A stretch of DNA of 64,000 nucleotides, from the NCBI GenBank assembly GCA_964403925.1, contig CAYOHZ010000004.1, forward strand, positions 4,733-68,732, given 5' to 3'. Both the position numbers and the translations under genes were made by a program. Within the stretch, counting starts at the first letter, position 1. Every line of letters begins with the position of its first letter. This document shows positions 20,333 through 30,200 of the stretch, one piece after another. The notes under the pieces are model-generated. The model was not told the DNA's origin. It searched no databases and saw nothing but the letters and a program-made list of their open reading frames with translations. The stretch is from an uncultured Salinarchaeum sp. (GTDB lineage Archaea > Halobacteriota > Halobacteria > Halobacteriales > Salinarchaeaceae).

Positions 20333-21751
20333 ATGGTTGAGGGATCGGATATCGCAGAGACGCCGGATGCAGACGTTATCGACCGTGGTTCGGTCACGGG
20401 ACATGATTCACAGGTCCATCTCGAACGGACCATTGGACTTGTTGGTGGACTCGCGATCGGAATCGGCACAATGATTGGTGCTGGTATTTTCGTGTTTCCT
20501 GGACTGGCTGCTGATCGGGTTGGACTGGCTGCTACAGTGTCCTTTTCGATTGGTGGCCTGGTTGCCTTGCTTGTCGCGCTTCCCACATCCGAGCTCGCGA
20601 CCGCGATGCCAAAAAGCGGTGGCGGCTACTATTTTATCTCCCGAAGTCTTGGGACTGGCTATGGCGCTATTGTCGGGTTAGGGCTGTGGCTCGGGCTTGT
20701 GTTTGCCTCGGCGTTTTATTTGGTTGGCCTCGGCTATTATGCTGAAGCTGCCCTGCTTGAGGCCGGGATCGAACTGTCGATCAGTCCGGTCGTCCCGCTT
20801 GGCCTGTTTTTTGGCGTTGCGTTGACCATATTATCGATAACTGGCACCAAAAACACCGCTGCTCTCCAAAATATCATTGTTGGGATCTTGCTGATCATCC
20901 TGACTGGGTTTCTCGGGTATGGCGCACTGAACGCAATCGGACTAATTGGGGTTCCAAGTCCACCTGAGCGGTTTTTCCTCCCAGCCGAGTCCATAATCGG
21001 ACGGTATCTCCCGATCGTTTCAACTGCGGCATTGGTCTTTACCTCCTATCTCGGCTTCGCACAGGTTGCAACCGTTGCTGGCGAAATTAAAGACCCCGGC
21101 CGGAATCTTCCGCTTGCGATGGTTGGCTCGGTGCTCATCGTTACGGGATTTTATATCCTCACGATCTTTGTCGCGACAAGTGCCTTCGGGAGCGTCCGAC
21201 TCGGCCAGTTTGGGGAAACCGCAATGGTTGAAGTCGCACGTCAGTTTTTCGGCCTGCCTGGTGCTGTCGCAATCCTTGTTGCCGGGCTGTTAGCGACGTT
21301 TTCGTCGGCGAATGCATCGATCCTGTCGGCGTCACGAGCGGTCTATGCAACCAGCCGCGACGCACTTCTGCCAGCCAGTGCCAGTACGCTCAATCGTCGA
21401 TACGGCACTCCTCATGTCGCATTGATGCTTGCTGGCGGGCCGATCCTCGCGTTGGTTGCCACCAATCAGGTAGAACTGCTTGCAGAGGTCGCTTCGTTTC
21501 TTCATTTGGTGATGTATGGGTTGATCTGCGTTGCGCTTATTGTGTTGCGCCGCCGAAACCCAGCTTGGTATGACCCGGACTTTCAGGCCCCCGGCGGACT
21601 CGTCCTCCCAGGAGCCGGTGCGGTCGCCAGTTTTGCGCTGATTCTGTTTATGAATCCGCTGTCGATCGGCGTTGGGGTCGTCCTCATGGTCCTCCTGTAT
21701 GGCTGGTATCGATACTATGCCGCTGATGTCATTCTCAAAAACAAACTATGA
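20333..21751 (+). CDS. APC-family amino acid permease
   Basis: 472 aa with about 12 TM segments. The [15 protein letters not shown] signature is present. Confidence 0.88.
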   Translation: MVEGSDIAETPDADVIDRGSVTGHDSQVHLERTIGLVGGLAIGIGTMIGAGIFVFPGLAADRVGLAATVSFSIGGLVALLVALPTSELATAMPKSGGGYYFISRSLGTGYGAIVGLGLWLGLVFASAFYLVGLGYYAEAALLEAGIELSISPVVPLGLFFGVALTILSITGTKNTAALQNIIVGILLIILTGFLGYGALNAIGLIGVPSPPERFFLPAESIIGRYLPIVSTAALVFTSYLGFAQVATVAGEIKDPGRNLPLAMVGSVLIVTGFYILTIFVATSAFGSVRLGQFGETAMVEVARQFFGLPGAVAILVAGLLATFSSANASILSASRAVYATSRDALLPASASTLNRRYGTPHVALMLAGGPILALVATNQVELLAEVASFLHLVMYGLICVALIVLRRRNPAWYDPDFQAPGGLVLPGAGAVASFALILFMNPLSIGVGVVLMVLLYGWYRYYAADVILKNKL

Positions 21752-22488
21752 CCGATAACACATCCACTACACCAAACCGATCGCTTACGACCACTCCGCA
21801 AATTCTTGTTCCGCTCCAGGTCATCGAAGGGGAGTCGCTCTCAGCGGGAGTAATTGACCTGCTCCGGGGAACACGGGTGATTCTCCTTGGGTATCATGTC
21901 GTCCCCGAACAGACCCCACCCGATCAAGCTCGTGCACAATACGAGACAACTGTCCTCAATACGCTTGATGGATTCGCTGAACAGCTCCAAGAGGTCGGTA
22001 TCGATGTCGATGTTCACCTGGTGTTTACACGAAATGCGGATCAGACGATCAACCGGATCGCGGCTGAGACGAATGTCATCGGTATTCTACTCCCTCGCCC
22101 GGCCCCACGGATGGACTCACTGCTCGTTGCAGTCCGGGATCTCCCGACGGCCGACCGGATCGGCGCTGTTGCCGGCATGGCTGCAGTAGAGACCGATGTC
22201 TCGATAACCATCCTCACGGTCACGGCTTCTCAAGACATTGATCCGATGACGATCCTTGATCGAACGCGCCAACAGCTGCGGGACTATGGTGTGGCGTCAG
22301 ACCGTATCACGACCCGTAGCCAACAATCAACACAAGCAATCGAAACGATCATCGAGGCAGCTACCGACTTTGATGCCGTTGTGATGGGAGAGTCTGATGC
22401 TAGCCTCTCTCGTTGGCTGTTCGGGGCGTCATCAGACCGTGTTGCTGATCGATCTGTCGGTCCTGTTCTCGTTGTGAGAAACCTATAG
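21748..22488 (+). CDS. universal stress protein domain protein, coupled to the permease
   Basis: The start overlaps the permease stop (ATGA). USP-like C-terminus: [35 protein letters not shown]. Confidence 0.75.
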   Translation: MTDNTSTTPNRSLTTTPQILVPLQVIEGESLSAGVIDLLRGTRVILLGYHVVPEQTPPDQARAQYETTVLNTLDGFAEQLQEVGIDVDVHLVFTRNADQTINRIAAETNVIGILLPRPAPRMDSLLVAVRDLPTADRIGAVAGMAAVETDVSITILTVTASQDIDPMTILDRTRQQLRDYGVASDRITTRSQQSTQAIETIIEAATDFDAVVMGESDASLSRWLFGASSDRVADRSVGPVLVVRNL

Positions 22489-22558
22489 CCCCGGGCGGAT
22501 TCGAACCGCCGTCCTGGGCTCCAAAGGCCCATATGATTGGCCACTACACCACGGGGCT
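22486..22558 (-). tRNA. tRNA-Gln (anticodon UUG)
   Basis: The reverse complement is AGCCCCGTGGTGTAGTGGCCAATCATATGGGCCTTTGGAGCCCAGGACGGCGGTTCGAATCCGCCCGGGGCTA. The acceptor pairs AGCCCCG/CGGGGCT, the anticodon stem pairs TGGGC/GCCCA with loop CTTTGGA, and the T-arm is GGCGG-TTCGAAT-CCGCC. Confidence 0.9.
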
Positions 22559-22608
22559 GCACGTGGTGGTATGACCTCCCCTACAAAGTGTTTTATCGTT
22601 TGTCTCTG

Positions 22609-23049
22609 TTAGTCGGCTTCACGTTCGGCGGTCACGGACCCGAGATAATGGCAGTGTTCTGCTGTCGGGTCAAAACAGTCCGGGCAACTCTCCGGTCGAT
22701 CGATGATTGTATCCAGCCGCTGTGCCACCGTCTCGTCGATGACAGCCTCGAGGGCACGCGCTTCCGCACGGTACTGATCGACATCAAGCACGTTTCGGAG
22801 AAACCGCTGGAGAATGCAGTATGTTTCAAGTGCGTTTTTCGCTCGCTTGGTTCCTTCTGTCGTTAGTTGTGTCCCGTTGTATTTTTCATGCTCAACCAAG
22901 CCTTGGTCTTCGAGTTTATCGACCATTTCTGTTGCACTTGCCGGACTGACCTCGAGGATATCCGCAAGCGTACTCGTCGAGGCCGAGCCATCATCGAGCT
23001 GTTCGGCGATATAAATCGCTTTGAGATACTGATCAGCGGTATTCATCAT
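22609..23049 (-). CDS. DtxR/SirR-family metal-dependent transcriptional regulator
   Basis: The N-terminus YLKAIYIAEQ...TSTLADILEVSPASATEMVDKLEDQGLV is a DtxR-type HTH. The C-terminus has a Cys/His cluster, CPDCFDPTAEHCH. Its ATG overlaps the upstream stop. Confidence 0.85.
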   Translation of the reverse strand: MMNTADQYLKAIYIAEQLDDGSASTSTLADILEVSPASATEMVDKLEDQGLVEHEKYNGTQLTTEGTKRAKNALETYCILQRFLRNVLDVDQYRAEARALEAVIDETVAQRLDTIIDRPESCPDCFDPTAEHCHYLGSVTAEREAD

Positions 23050-23528
23050 CGATCCTCCATAACGTCTAACACCGCCTGTGCGCCGGCTTTCTCTTGGGCC
23101 CGAATCCCGTTAAGTTGCTCAAGAACACGATCACGGCCGATTGAGAACTCAGCATCGCTGTTGTCAATTGCATTGATGAGGTCCTCATAGAACTTGTATG
23201 CAGTCTCCTCGCTACAGAGTTGATCATAGAGGATATCATCAAAAGAGTCCGGTCGTGACGCCGCATAGTGGTCTTCAACCAGCGCATCGATCTCTGCTGC
23301 AGTCATCGACTCGGTATCGAGTGCTTCCAACAGCGTTTTGAGCTCGTTTCGATGGGTAGCCGATTCCTCGCTTGCCTCGGCAAACAGCGCAACGACCTCC
23401 TCGTCGCGGTCTTCGATTGCCTCGAGATGTCGCCGAGCCCGTGCCTCGTTGACCTCCTCGAGGACCATCCCGATCTGCAGCAGCCGCGCGAGTTGCTCGT
23501 CGGAGGCAACACGCTGGCGAAGACTCAT
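23046..23528 (-). CDS. ferritin-like / rubrerythrin-fold protein
   Basis: Helical and acidic, with E...H-type pairs (EASEESATHRNEL; CSEETAYKFYEDL). It lies between sufD and the DtxR-type regulator. The ATG at 23528 is preferred over the GTG at 23585. Confidence 0.55.
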   Translation of the reverse strand: MSLRQRVASDEQLARLLQIGMVLEEVNEARARRHLEAIEDRDEEVVALFAEASEESATHRNELKTLLEALDTESMTAAEIDALVEDHYAASRPDSFDDILYDQLCSEETAYKFYEDLINAIDNSDAEFSIGRDRVLEQLNGIRAQEKAGAQAVLDVMEDR

Positions 23529-23581
23529 ACGTGTAGTCCTATGGGAGGACTGTCTAAACGTTATTGGATCCGCGTGCACAC

Positions 23582-24793
23582 TCACTGCCCGAGTCGGTCA
23601 GCAACTAACGTTGAAAGCTCCTCTGTAAGCGGCTCGATATCGACGTCTGCCAACAGCGGCACGAAAAACCCTTCTACAAGCATATCCGTCGCTGTCTGCT
23701 CATCGACAGCGCGTGATTCCATGTAGAAGAGTTCCTCAGCATCAACTTGCCCGACGCTCGCAGAGTGACTCGCCTCGGTGTCGTGATTGTTGATGATGAG
23801 CTTTGGTGAGGCGTCGGCTTCGGCAGTCTCTGAGAGCATCAGCGTCTTCTCACGCTGGTATGAACTCGTATCCCATGCGTCCGTGCCGACGTGTTGCAGC
23901 CCTTCATACACCGACCGGGCGTGATTGTCAAGGACCCCACGGGTCACGAGATCAGCAGTCGTGTGGGCTCCATGATGCCACACACGGGCGTTGATATCAA
24001 AGTGCTGCTCGTCTCTCCCGAAAAACGCACCGAGGATCTGGGTCTCACTGCTGTCACCGTTAAGATCCGTCTCAACGTCTGATCGTGTGAGTCCGCTCCC
24101 GAAGTTCCCCTCGATCCAGTCGATGTGGCCGTATGTCTCGACAGCACCGCGTTTGTGTGTATATAGGTAGGACTGTTCGCTGAGATCCTGGATAGCACCG
24201 TACTGGACGGTTGCGTTCTCTCCAGCAACCACCTCGACAATGTTGCTTACGTATCGACGCTCCTCAGCTGCATCCCCCTTGATCCGCTCGATGACTGTCA
24301 CATTTGCTGACTCTTCGGCAACGACAAGGGTCTGTGCGAACGCGGAGCTGGCGGTTGGTTCCGTTTCGATCGTTATCGTCTCAGCGTCAACCCCAGCTGG
24401 CACGTATACAAGCGTCCCCGTCTGGAAGAGTGCCATCGACAGTGCTGTCAAATAATTCGTCGTTGGGTCCAGCGTTGCTCCGAGATGCTCTTCGAGTAGC
24501 TCCTCGTGTGTGTCAAGTGCCGTCTGTATGGATTCGACGACGACATCGTCACCGTGTTCGTATGTCGTCGTGGCAGCCGTTTCATCGGCGGGATCAACAA
24601 GCGTTTCAAACTCTAAGGCCTGCAGGTCGGTCCACTGTCGCCCTGGCGTTTCGATCACATCAGGCAACGCCAGCTCTGACAGCGCCTGTACCGCCGTAAC
24701 CCGGGAATCGGTCAACCATGCCGGTTCGTCCCGGCGGTCACTGAGCTCACGAACCGTTGCTGTCGAGAGTTGTTGTTGAAGTTGTGTTGACAT
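23582..24793 (-). CDS. sufD: Fe-S cluster assembly protein SufD
   Basis: 403 aa with a SufB/D beta-helix C-terminal domain (ASHSASVGQVDAEELFYMESRAV). It follows sufB with a 1-nt overlap. Confidence 0.9.
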   Translation of the reverse strand: MSTQLQQQLSTATVRELSDRRDEPAWLTDSRVTAVQALSELALPDVIETPGRQWTDLQALEFETLVDPADETAATTTYEHGDDVVVESIQTALDTHEELLEEHLGATLDPTTNYLTALSMALFQTGTLVYVPAGVDAETITIETEPTASSAFAQTLVVAEESANVTVIERIKGDAAEERRYVSNIVEVVAGENATVQYGAIQDLSEQSYLYTHKRGAVETYGHIDWIEGNFGSGLTRSDVETDLNGDSSETQILGAFFGRDEQHFDINARVWHHGAHTTADLVTRGVLDNHARSVYEGLQHVGTDAWDTSSYQREKTLMLSETAEADASPKLIINNHDTEASHSASVGQVDAEELFYMESRAVDEQTATDMLVEGFFVPLLADVDIEPLTEELSTLVADRLGQ

Positions 24794-26220
24794 TATCCGA
24801 GTGAGCCCTCCATTTCGAGTTCAACAAGGCGGTTCAACTCGACGGCATACTCGATCGGCAGCTCCTCCGTGATCGGCTCGATGAATCCGGACACGATCAT
24901 CTGTTTTGCGTCGTCATCGTCGAGTCCACGCGACTGGAGATAGAAGATATCCTCATCACCGATCTTGCCAACGGTCGCTTCGTGGGCCACATCGACTGCC
25001 GATTCGTTGATCTCCATATACGGCATCGTATCGGATGTCGAGTCGTTATCGAACATGAGCGCGTCACACTCGACTGCCGTTGAGGAATCGGTTGCTCCGT
25101 CAGCAATGTGGACTAATCCGCGGTAGTTCGTCCGCCCCCCGTCTTTGCTGATCGATTTTGACTCGATCGTTGATTTGGTCTTTGGGGCATTGTGGTATAC
25201 CTTTGCGCCGGTGTCGATATCTTGGCCATCGCCGGCAAAGGCGATCGTGATGTGATTATCGCTTGCACCTCGTCCACGCAGGATCGATGAGGGGTATAAC
25301 ATCGTCACCTTTGATCCCATCGAGCCGGAAACCCATTCCATCCGACCGCCCTCATCGACGATCGCACGTTTCGTGTTGAGGTTGTAGGTGTTCCGTGACC
25401 AGTTTTGTACCGTCGAGTACTGAACGTGGGCATCCTCTTTGACGAAGACCTCAACGCCACCAGCATGGAGACTATGGCTAGCATACTGCGGAGCCGAACA
25501 GCCCTCGATGTAATGGACTTCACTGCCCGGTTCAGCAATGATTAGGGTGTGCTCGAACTGCCCCATGCCCTCGGAGTTCATCCGGAAGTACGCCTGAACG
25601 GGCATCTCAAGGGTCACGTCTTCGGGCACATACACGAACGATCCGCCCGACCAGACGGCACCGTGCAGCGCAGCGAACTTGTTATCCGACGGTGGCACGG
25701 ATTTGGTCATGAAGTACTCCTTGACGAGCTCCGGATGCTCTTGGACGGCCTCATCCATATTCATGAAGATGACGCCCTTCTCTTCCCACCGTTCCTGGAT
25801 GTTCTGGTAGACGACTTCCGATTCGTATTGGGCGCCGACACCTGAGAGTGCTTCGCGCTCGGCTTCTGGAATCCCAAGCTTATCGAACGTGTCTTGGATA
25901 TCGTCCGGCAGGTCATCCCAATCGTCAACCCCAGCGCGCTTCTCGACATCTGGGCGAATATACGGGACGATCTCATCGATATCGAGCCCCGAAAGGTCCG
26001 GCAGTCCGGGCCAGTCTTCGGGCATCGGCATCTGTTTGAACTGCTCAAGCGCACGCAGCCGGCGTTCAAGCATCCAGTCGGGCTCGTCTTTGTCCTCGCT
26101 GATCATCCGCACGACTTCTTCGGTCAGTCCACGGTCAGATTTGACCGCTGCCCGCTGTTCTTTTTTGAACGCAAACCGTTCTTCCGTGTCTGTCTGTTCG
26201 AGGGAGTCTTCAGAGCTCAT
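24793..26220 (-). CDS. sufB: Fe-S cluster assembly protein SufB
   Basis: Motifs GGSFVYVPEDV, QFEHTLIIAEPGSEVHYIEGCSAP and HEATVGKIGDEDIFYLQSRG. The ATG at 26220 lies directly after the sufC stop. Confidence 0.95.
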   Translation of the reverse strand: MSSEDSLEQTDTEERFAFKKEQRAAVKSDRGLTEEVVRMISEDKDEPDWMLERRLRALEQFKQMPMPEDWPGLPDLSGLDIDEIVPYIRPDVEKRAGVDDWDDLPDDIQDTFDKLGIPEAEREALSGVGAQYESEVVYQNIQERWEEKGVIFMNMDEAVQEHPELVKEYFMTKSVPPSDNKFAALHGAVWSGGSFVYVPEDVTLEMPVQAYFRMNSEGMGQFEHTLIIAEPGSEVHYIEGCSAPQYASHSLHAGGVEVFVKEDAHVQYSTVQNWSRNTYNLNTKRAIVDEGGRMEWVSGSMGSKVTMLYPSSILRGRGASDNHITIAFAGDGQDIDTGAKVYHNAPKTKSTIESKSISKDGGRTNYRGLVHIADGATDSSTAVECDALMFDNDSTSDTMPYMEINESAVDVAHEATVGKIGDEDIFYLQSRGLDDDDAKQMIVSGFIEPITEELPIEYAVELNRLVELEMEGSLG

Positions 26221-26221
26221 G

Positions 26222-27118
26222 TTATGCAGCCTCGTATACTTCGTCGCGAACCCAGTCGTAGCCACGATCTTCGAGTTTCTCTGACAGCTCGCTCCCGCCA
26301 CTCATTGCGATCTGCCCATCAAGCATCACGTGTACTCGATCGGGCTCGACGTAATCGAGAATCCGTTGGTAGTGTGTGATCTGGAGGATCCCAGTGCCTT
26401 GCTCATCACGTAACGTGTTGATCCCTTGGGCAACATCTTGGAGTCGATCGATGTCAAGTCCGGAGTCGATCTCATCGAGGACCGCCACTTCCGGATCCAG
26501 CATCGCCGCCTGCAGGACCTCGTTTTGTTTTTTCTCACCCCCAGAAAATCCGGCGTTGAGATAGCGCCGCGAAAAGGAACTGTCGATGCCAAGCTGATCC
26601 ATCTTCTCTGCAAGCAGTGTCTGAAACTCCGCGACATCGATTTCGCCGTTGTCTTCCGGCCCTTCCATCGGCGAGTTTTCATAGCCCTCTTGCTCGTCGG
26701 TTGTCGTTTCGTCGTCTCCAAACAGCTCGGCTCGCTCCTCCAGTTTGGCGTTTAACGCTGTTCGAAGGAAATTCGCCATCGTTACCCCTTCGATCTCGAC
26801 AGGATACTGGAAGCCAAGGAACACACCAAGTGCGGCTCGCTCGTTTGGCTCTAACTCACGGAGATCCCACTGCTGTGTGTCTTCGGTAATCCCCTCGAAC
26901 TCATCACCCTCCAGTTCAAGGGTGATGCTCCCGCCTGTCACTTCGTATGCGGGATGGCCCGCGATGACCTTCGCGAGTGTTGATTTCCCGCTTCCGTTTG
27001 GGCCCATGAGGGCATGAATCTCGCCGGCATTGACCGACAGATCGACGCCACGAAGGATCTGCTCGCCGTCGTCCTCCGCGACTTTTGCCTGTAGGTCCGA
27101 TATTTTTAGGCGCGCCAT
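26222..27118 (-). CDS. sufC: Fe-S cluster assembly ATPase SufC
   Basis: Walker A GPNGSGKST, signature FSGGEKKQNE and Walker B VAVLDEIDSGLD. The ATG at 27118 (MARLKISDLQ) is preferred. Confidence 0.95.
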   Translation of the reverse strand: MARLKISDLQAKVAEDDGEQILRGVDLSVNAGEIHALMGPNGSGKSTLAKVIAGHPAYEVTGGSITLELEGDEFEGITEDTQQWDLRELEPNERAALGVFLGFQYPVEIEGVTMANFLRTALNAKLEERAELFGDDETTTDEQEGYENSPMEGPEDNGEIDVAEFQTLLAEKMDQLGIDSSFSRRYLNAGFSGGEKKQNEVLQAAMLDPEVAVLDEIDSGLDIDRLQDVAQGINTLRDEQGTGILQITHYQRILDYVEPDRVHVMLDGQIAMSGGSELSEKLEDRGYDWVRDEVYEAA

Positions 27119-27234
27119 AATTTTACGCACCGGATGGAAGTGCGTGGCAAATATAATACTTTCGTCTGAACTCAATCCTGGGTTTCTTGATCAGAAAATA
27201 ATTTTTGTATTTCTTAATCCTCGCCCAATCCGCC

Positions 27235-30200
27235 CTACATGAACTGTCCGAGACCGGTTTGTTCCTGTCCGCTTCTCACTTCGTCCCAGGAGATCCCCAG
27301 CGCTTCGAGAATCCGCTCGATCGGTCCTTTGAGTGTCTTTTCGAGCATCTTCTCCCAGTCGATCTGGAACTCCTCAGGGAGTTGATCGGCGTATTCAAAG
27401 CAGATGACATCCGGGTCGCGCTTGAATTCCCGGTAGACCCCATCGGATTGTGGATCGAGCCCCTGTTCGGCTTCAATCTGCTGGAAGAACTCTGGGTGAA
27501 CTTTTTTCAGATAAATCCGTTTAGGTTTGCTTCCTCGCCCGAAGTTCGTACCAAGTAGTCGGTTCGCATAGCGAGCGCCTCTGACCTGTGCTGTATCCGT
27601 ATCGTAATTATCGAGTCGTTTTCCGATCCCCCCGGGAATCGCGATCTCTTCCGGATCGACCTCACCGGCAAGAACCTCCTCGATCACCGCATGGAGATAA
27701 CTGGTAATCGCATCAAGATCTTCGCCGTACACGATTCGCTCAATGACCTCATGTTGGACCTCCTTCGTGAGTGGGGCGATATCCGAGCGTTGGTACTCGA
27801 ACCCAGTAATATCGATATCATCAACATCCTTGCCTTCCTTCCAGACCACGTTTCCAGCATACCGTTTTTTCTTCCCGGCTTGGAAGAACCGCCGATACAG
27901 TTTCTCGAACTCGATTTGAAACCGATGGGTCTCTGCGTTGAGTCGGTCCTGAGCGAACTGATCGTAGGACTCGTTAATCGCTTCCTCGATCTCAAAGGAC
28001 TGCTCGATCGCGGCATCCGTCTCAATTTCGCCACCGAGTTCGAGCATCACACTATCAGTATTATGGAGCACAACGCCGCCGACAGCATCGACGAAGGTAT
28101 CGTTGGTTGCCACATCCAGATCATATACGTACCCGTCGTGTTCGATTGCCACGCGTTCTGAAGCGGTCTCTCCCGCTGTCTTCTCTCCGAGCTGAATCGT
28201 ATACTCTCCGTCGCCGTATGCCAGTGTGTGTTCTCGGTCTTGTTGGGTCAGCAACATTGAGAGCCCGCCGGCTAGTTCACGACTGGCTGTCTCGAACGTG
28301 TTCTCATCGCCGACCACGCTGTGATAGAACAATTGCTGACTGGTCTCCGGCAACTCGAAGACCAGCGCCGGCAGTCGCTTGTCCTTCGTCGTCGTCTCAC
28401 AGAGCCCGCCGAACAGCACTGTTGCGAGTGAATCCTCCAGTTGGAGGCGTTGTCTCTCATCGGTTTCGACGAGTCGTGCTGTCCCATCGTTGACAAGCCG
28501 CTCGTAGTCGGCTTTGAGCTTTGTGAGCCGATCTTGATCCGTCGCTGTGATCGACACTCCTTCGTCTGAGTGCTCTCCAGTTGCGATATAGGCAGCCAGC
28601 AGCCGGAGCAACGACGTCCCATCCGCCGAGTCGACCGAGATTGATCGCTTGACTCGGGTGTCTGTGGTGGTATTCTCAGTCCAGAGACCTCGCTTGTCGG
28701 CGTAGACCTGTGTGTCAGTGGTCTCTTCTGCATACTCCGTAAGTCGTTCATAGAGGTCGATCATTTCGATCTCATCAACCCCTGGCAGTCCATCGACACG
28801 GACCGGCTCGTCAACTGCCGCTGGTGGCGCTTCGATTAGTGTGCCGTTCTGCTCGATCATGTAGGAATGATCACGAGTCGTTGTTGACTCACCACGGGGA
28901 TGCTGGAGTCTCACAACAGGTTTGTCCGTCTCATGTCTGAGCACCCGGTTGATCGGCCGCCATTCTGGGGTCCCGTCAGACGTCACTGATAGGGCCTGCC
29001 ATCCATCGAGTTGGCCAGACTCTTTCCGGCCTGGCCCACCGTCTGCAATCGCTAGTTGTTCACGCGTGGCCCGATCGAACAGGTCTTTGATCGGCTTGAT
29101 ACGAACCGTCCCATCTGGATCGCGCACGACAATCGGCCGACTGCCAGTGACGCTGTCTCCGTAGACCACTTCATACCCAAGGTCGTTGGCGACATCTTCG
29201 GTAAACTCAATGACGTCCCGACCGGTCGCGGTGACTGCAGCCCCCATCTCCTTGTCATACAGGCGGAATCGATCCCATCCCAAAACGCCATAAAGCGACT
29301 GCCCGACGAACTGAAAGTTCCCGTTTCGGCCCGCAAGGAGTGTATGATTATCCGCTACTGTCACCGAATAGACGCCGCTGTCGGCGCTGCTCTGATCACC
29401 ACTCTGATGCATTTGAAATGAATTCTCCGCTGATTCGGCACAGGTAATCCGCCAGCCACCACTGTCTTTTTCATAGCTTGCTGTCTGTCCGATGTGCGTA
29501 CAAAGCCGTAACACATCATCTCGGAGCTGGGTACTCTCTGTTGTGTATCGCCAAGCGTTGGGCTGTCGGTTTCCGTCCCCGTTGATAAGCGTTTCAAGGA
29601 ATCGTCGCTTTTGACTGTCTGACGCCTCAAACACGAGGTCTGGAATGCGCTTTGTATCACTCCCGTCGCCACACTGCTCCCGAAGCACATCGCCGAGAAG
29701 CGTGGCTGTTATCTGATAGCTCTGGTCAGTGACATCATACTCAAGCTCTAATTCGTCCAGTAGCTCGCCGATCGCATCTCGAGCGGTGTTTCCGCCGTCT
29801 GGCAGTGTCGCTTCTTGGGCAATTTGGACGAGTGTTGATGACCCGCTGTCAAACTGCTCTGGGAGTGTCGTGTCAACACTTCCATCCGTGATATACCACG
29901 CCAGTAGTTCTATGAAAGCGTCCCCCTCGTACGTTCGGGGAATCCATGTTTGTCCAGGCTCGTTGTGGATGTCTGTTTGTTCGGCAACCTCGTCGATGTA
30001 GTCACGATGCGTTTCGAATTCCTCGCTCGTAAAGACATATCCACCCGTTCCACGGTCCTGGTTTTTCTCATGACGCGGTGTCCATCCTAGTTCGGCTGTG
30101 AACGTCTGATCGCGCACTGTTGGCCGTACCCAGACCTCATACTGGCCTTCAAGGAGTCGGGTGAGATCTACATGATTGATCGGGTCTCCTTCAAGGCCGT

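Noticed and set aside
22486-22488. 3-nt overlap between the USP gene stop and the 3' end of the antisense tRNA-Gln, and zero spacing between the HTH_10 stop (44766) and tRNA-Asn (44767).
   Set aside because: This is probably just the tight packing seen throughout the window. There is no evidence of an integration site (no partial tRNA duplication nearby).
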